This document shows, one piece after another, positions 56,420 to 64,000 of a stretch of 64,000 nt of DNA; position 1 is the first letter of the stretch, and every line of letters starts with the position of its first letter. The notes below the pieces were generated by a model. The model was not told where the DNA came from. It did not search any database and was given only the letters and a program-made list of their open reading frames with translations. The stretch lies in contig CAJXNS010000001.1 in assembly GCA_913057165.1 (NCBI GenBank), positions 22,303-86,302 on the forward strand. Direction: 5' to 3'. The stretch comes from an uncultured Trueperaceae bacterium (GTDB lineage Bacteria; Deinococcota; Deinococci; Deinococcales; Trueperaceae). The translations under genes were made by a program, and so were the position numbers.

Positions 56420-57322
56420 ATGCCGAGCCGAACCGCCATCGTAGGCGTCCTCTCAGCGGTGGTGGTCGCGATCAGTTTGGCTGCCATTTTCACGAAGCTT
56501 GCCGAAGCGCCCGGACCCCTCATCGCCCTATGGCGGATGGTCATCGCGACCGCGCTGCTGGCGCCGTGGATCGCACCGCGTTTGCGGCGGCAAGACCTAC
56601 GCAAAGAAACGCTCCTTCCGACCGTTGCTGCAGGCTTCTTTCTGGCGGTGCACTTCGCGTCATGGTTGTCCTCGTTTACATTCACCACCGTCGCGGCCAG
56701 CGTGACGATCGTGACCACCTTGCCGCTATGGGTGGCCCTGATCGGCTGGGCGATGGGAATCCGCCCCACGCGTGGCGTGTTCGTTGGCCTTGCGTTCGCC
56801 CTGGCCGGCGGCGTGACCATCGGGTTTGGTGACCTGGCGGGCGGAAGCGCGCCCCTGTTAGGTGACGGCCTGGCGTTGATCGGTGCTTGGTCCGCCGCTG
56901 GCTATTTTCTGTTGGGACGATCAGCCCAACGGCGTGGCTTACCAACCATGACGTATGCGCTGCTTGTGAACTTTTTTGCTGGCCTCTTCTTGCTTCCGCT
57001 TCCTTGGGCCTTCGGGGTTTCGTACTTTGAGTGGCCGCTTGCCACCTGGGGTTGGATTGTGGCGATGGCACTGGTGCCGCAGCTGGTTGGGCACGGTGGC
57101 CTGAATTGGGCAAACCGGCACCTTGACCCCACGGTCGTGTCCACGGTCACGCTGCTGGAACCGGTCGGTGCGAGCCTGCTAGCGGTGGTGATTTTTGGTG
57201 AAATCCCCGGCACGGGTGTCTTGATCGGTGCGCCAATTCTGTTGTTGGGGGTGGCATTGGTGGTGCGCTACCGCCGGCGGACGCCTGACAGCCCACCCGT
57301 CCAGCCTGCCACGTCGCAATAA
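56420..57322 (+). CDS. EamA/DMT-superfamily transporter
   Basis: 300 aa with about 10 TM segments in two repeated halves. Confidence 0.8.
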   Translation: MPSRTAIVGVLSAVVVAISLAAIFTKLAEAPGPLIALWRMVIATALLAPWIAPRLRRQDLRKETLLPTVAAGFFLAVHFASWLSSFTFTTVAASVTIVTTLPLWVALIGWAMGIRPTRGVFVGLAFALAGGVTIGFGDLAGGSAPLLGDGLALIGAWSAAGYFLLGRSAQRRGLPTMTYALLVNFFAGLFLLPLPWAFGVSYFEWPLATWGWIVAMALVPQLVGHGGLNWANRHLDPTVVSTVTLLEPVGASLLAVVIFGEIPGTGVLIGAPILLLGVALVVRYRRRTPDSPPVQPATSQ

Positions 57323-57335
57323 GGCCGTGCCAATC

Positions 57336-57344
57336 TGCTACAAT
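57336..57344 (+). promoter_or_regulatory. Extended -10 TGCTACAAT upstream of the second CarD gene, leader of about 55 nt
   Basis: It was read directly from the sequence. The gene has a GGGAGG SD at 57398-57403. Confidence 0.55.
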
Positions 57345-57407
57345 GCCGTTTGGCCGGAGGGCGCTTACAGCCGTTCCTGAAGAATACGGCGCGCCTAGGG
57401 AGGCAGC

Positions 57408-57911
57408 ATGGAATCAACCAAAAAGTTCAAAAAAGGCGACCAGGTGGTGCTACCACCGTACGGTGTTGGCAAGATCGCAGGAACCACAAAAAAAGAAGTC
57501 GCCGGCAATGAATTCAAGTACTACGAAGTTGACTTCCCAAACGGCACCTCACGGGCGTACGTGCCCGTTGCCGACCCACAAGCAGCCGGTCTTCGCGCTG
57601 CCTTAACCAACGACGAAGTCAAAAGCGTTCTAGAACGATTAGAGAACGGCCACATGACGCTCCCAAAACAGTGGGCTGCGCGGCACCGACGCGTGACCGA
57701 CATCCTTTCGAGCGGCGATCCCTACCAAATTGCGACGCTTGCGAGTGAATTGCGTCGCTGGGACCTCGAACGCGGACTGCCAGACCTTGACCGGCAAGCG
57801 TACCGTCGGGCATTGCGACTCCTGGCAGGCGAGATCAGTGCGGTGCAAGGCATCGATACCGATGAAGCACGCAAACTAATGAACGTTGACGAGGACGAGG
57901 TCCTCGGTTAA
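57408..57911 (+). CDS. carD: CarD-family RNA-polymerase-binding transcription regulator (canonical-looking copy)
   Basis: The N-terminus reads FKKGDQVVLPPYGVGKIAGTTKKEVAGNEFKYYEVDF and the C-terminal domain has the conserved Trp (LPKQWAARHRR). 167 aa. Confidence 0.85.
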   Translation: MESTKKFKKGDQVVLPPYGVGKIAGTTKKEVAGNEFKYYEVDFPNGTSRAYVPVADPQAAGLRAALTNDEVKSVLERLENGHMTLPKQWAARHRRVTDILSSGDPYQIATLASELRRWDLERGLPDLDRQAYRRALRLLAGEISAVQGIDTDEARKLMNVDEDEVLG

Positions 57912-58330
57912 CCCGGATCTACCCAAACGTCACTGGGTTTGATGCCCAGGTAACGCAGCCCAATCGCCCAAGCGGCATAATCATCAATCGGTCCTGATGG
58001 CAGCTTAAGGCCGTGTGGCAGCCAGCGCCTAAAGCCTAAGCTTCCCTCTGCGCGTCGCCACAACTCGCGTCCCTCAAGGGTCGTTCCATCCTCATCAATC
58101 ACCTTGACGTTGACCCCACTTGCGTCTGCGGCGCGTAATACCTGGTGCCTCTCGGTCCCATCCCCCACGGCCACCTCGATGGTGCAATGGTCAAGGCGGT
58201 CGGCAATTGCGTCACCCGATTCAATACCCCTGTCCAGACAACGTCCACGCGTATCTAAGTAGGCATAACCCACCCTGAATCCTGGATCGATCGCTAGCAC
58301 GATCGCTTGATCGGGTGGCGTCGTAGGCAT
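57908..58330 (-). CDS. Divergent YqgF/RuvX-like RNase H-fold nuclease (putative pre-16S rRNA nuclease / resolvase-like)
   Basis: 140 aa. VLAIDPGFRVGYAYLD, VAVGDGTE, VIDEDGTTLEGRELW and IDDYAAWAIGLRYLG line up with the YqgF motifs G.D.G..R.G.A, vvG.P...dG, vDERlTT.eA and vD..AA..IL..yL as I recall them. Confidence 0.5.
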   Translation of the reverse strand: MPTTPPDQAIVLAIDPGFRVGYAYLDTRGRCLDRGIESGDAIADRLDHCTIEVAVGDGTERHQVLRAADASGVNVKVIDEDGTTLEGRELWRRAEGSLGFRRWLPHGLKLPSGPIDDYAAWAIGLRYLGIKPSDVWVDPG

Positions 58331-58337
58331 CGTGCAC

Positions 58338-58343
58338 AGCGTA
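58338..58343 (-). promoter_or_regulatory. -10 box TACGCT (GTACGCT), 7 nt upstream of ATG 58330
   Basis: The minus strand reads TCCAGTACGCT-GTGCACG-ATG. It lies immediately downstream of the rpoC terminator. Confidence 0.5.
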
Positions 58344-58351
58344 CTGGATTA

Positions 58352-58395
58352 GCATCAAAGAAACGCCGTGCGGCGCTTGCGCACCGCACGGCGTT
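58352..58395 (-). terminator. Intrinsic terminator of the rpoBC operon
   Basis: On the minus strand the stem AACGCCGTGCGG pairs with CCGCACGGCGTT across 10 nt, followed by TCTTTGAT. It lies 28 nt after the rpoC stop. Confidence 0.75.
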
Positions 58396-58422
58396 GTCCT
58401 TTAGGCAATTGAACCTATCGCC

Positions 58423-63015
<4,593 letters not shown>

Positions 63016-63047
63016 AAGCTCCCTTTCGGTGCTGCGCTCTTGGTTGC

Positions 63048-64000
63048 TCACCAGTGCCTCCCGGCTTCATCGAAGATACTCAGGGTGCTGCCATCGTCGT
63101 CTTGCACTTTGACGTCAAGACCCAGGGAGTGCAGCTCCTTGACGAGCACCTTAAAGGACTCAGGGATCGTCGGTTCAAGCACGTCGTTGCCTTTGACGAT
63201 GGCCTCGTACGATGCGTTACGGCCGTCAAGGTCATCTGACTTGATCGTGAGCATTTCTTGCAGGGTGTGTGCGGCACCGTGCGCTTGCAGTGCCCAGCAC
63301 TCCATCTCGCCGAGGCGCTGGCCCCCGAACTGTGCCTTACCGCCAAGCGGTTGCTGCGTGATGAGGCTGTACGGGCCAGTGGAGCGTGCGTGCATTTTGT
63401 CTTCGACCATGTGGTAGAGCTTCAGCACGTACATGATGCCAACCACGATCGGCGCGTCGATGGCCTCACCCGTTCGGCCGTCGTAGAGAACGGCCTTCCC
63501 GGAACGTGCCAGGTTGACTTGTGCTTCTTCGTAATCGCTCGTGTCTTCGAGGATGCCGAGCTTGGCCGCACGCCGGATCACTTCTTGTTCGCGCCGGTCG
63601 GGAGCGAAACCAGCCTCCTGGTTTGACTTGATGTCCTTGCGAGCAGCGTCTTCGAGGAGGTCTTTGATTTCGTCTTCGGTGGCGCCATCAAACACGGGGG
63701 TGACGTAGCTCACACCGTGCTTGTAGGCCGCGAGTCCCAAGTGCGTCTCGAGGATCTGGCCGAGGTTCATGCGGCTTGGAACCCCAAGCGGGTTGAAGAC
63801 CAAGTCGACGGGCGTGCCGTCTTCCAGGTACGGCATGTCCTCAGGCGGCAGGATTTTGGCGACCACGCCTTTGTTCCCGTGGCGGTTGGCGAGCTTGTCA
63901 CCTTCAATGAGGCGGCGCTTCTGCGCGATGTAAACGCGCACCATCTCTTGCACACCTGGCTTGAGCTCGACGCCTTCGTCACCGCGCTGGAAACGCACGG
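63048..64000 (-). CDS. rpoB: DNA-directed RNA polymerase subunit beta, C-terminal part (5' end outside window)
   Basis: [19 protein letters not shown]..., [24 protein letters not shown]. The ORF is open to the window end. Confidence 0.97.
   Translation of the reverse strand, partial: VRFQRGDEGVELKPGVQEMVRVYIAQKRRLIEGDKLANRHGNKGVVAKILPPEDMPYLEDGTPVDLVFNPLGVPSRMNLGQILETHLGLAAYKHGVSYVTPVFDGATEDEIKDLLEDAARKDIKSNQEAGFAPDRREQEVIRRAAKLGILEDTSDYEEAQVNLARSGKAVLYDGRTGEAIDAPIVVGIMYVLKLYHMVEDKMHARSTGPYSLITQQPLGGKAQFGGQRLGEMECWALQAHGAAHTLQEMLTIKSDDLDGRNASYEAIVKGNDVLEPTIPESFKVLVKELHSLGLDVKVQDDDGSTLSIFDEAGRHW

Overview
This is a densely packed chromosomal segment of about 59 protein genes. G+C is about 57-62% in the 60-nt lines I hand-counted. 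I see no rRNA, tRNA, CRISPR array, transposase, integrase or recognisable defence or toxin module.

Gene content points to Deinococcota (Deinococcus-Thermus):
- a complete V/A-type ATPase operon in the Thermus order G-I-K-E-C-F-A-B-D
- an RpoC of about 1530 aa with the large lineage-specific insertion near its N-terminus
- two CarD-family regulators
- a long Omp85/BamA
- promoters that sit directly on start codons

The rest is housekeeping:
- translation, replication and repair: gatC, serS, dnaG, ruvB, rsmA, ychF, recF plus a DUF721/DciA-like gene, and the rpoB 3' end
- metabolism: folC, purU, hom-thrC, a purine nucleoside phosphorylase, gpmI, psuG
- transport: an AapJQMP-type amino-acid ABC transporter, a sugar ABC uptake operon, an MsbA-like exporter, a MacB/FtsX-type ABC pair
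- envelope, division and chaperones: yggS, divIVA, groES-groEL with a CIRCE operator, a RodZ-like protein

I did not find a convincing self-contained novel multi-gene system. The observations most worth follow-up are:
1. At least 15 transcription-unit-leading genes have a TAnnnT -10 box 5-7 nt upstream of the start codon and no Shine-Dalgarno. The cores GTACGCT and GTGCTAGCCT recur.
2. A roughly 1.9-kb low-GC islet (730-2630) carries a single Big_1 + DUF285-repeat lipoprotein gene with near-identical 75-bp coding repeats.
3. The AapQ-type permease has an insertion of roughly 190-220 aa with SdrD-B-like calcium-binding motifs in a predicted periplasmic loop.
4. There are two CarD paralogs. One is translationally coupled to the 16S rRNA dimethyltransferase gene. 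The other lies near rpoBC and a divergent YqgF-like nuclease gene.
5. dnaG sits in a tight operon behind a phosphoribosyltransferase and an atypical GH13 enzyme.

All functional calls rest on motif and family recognition from memory. No database search was possible.
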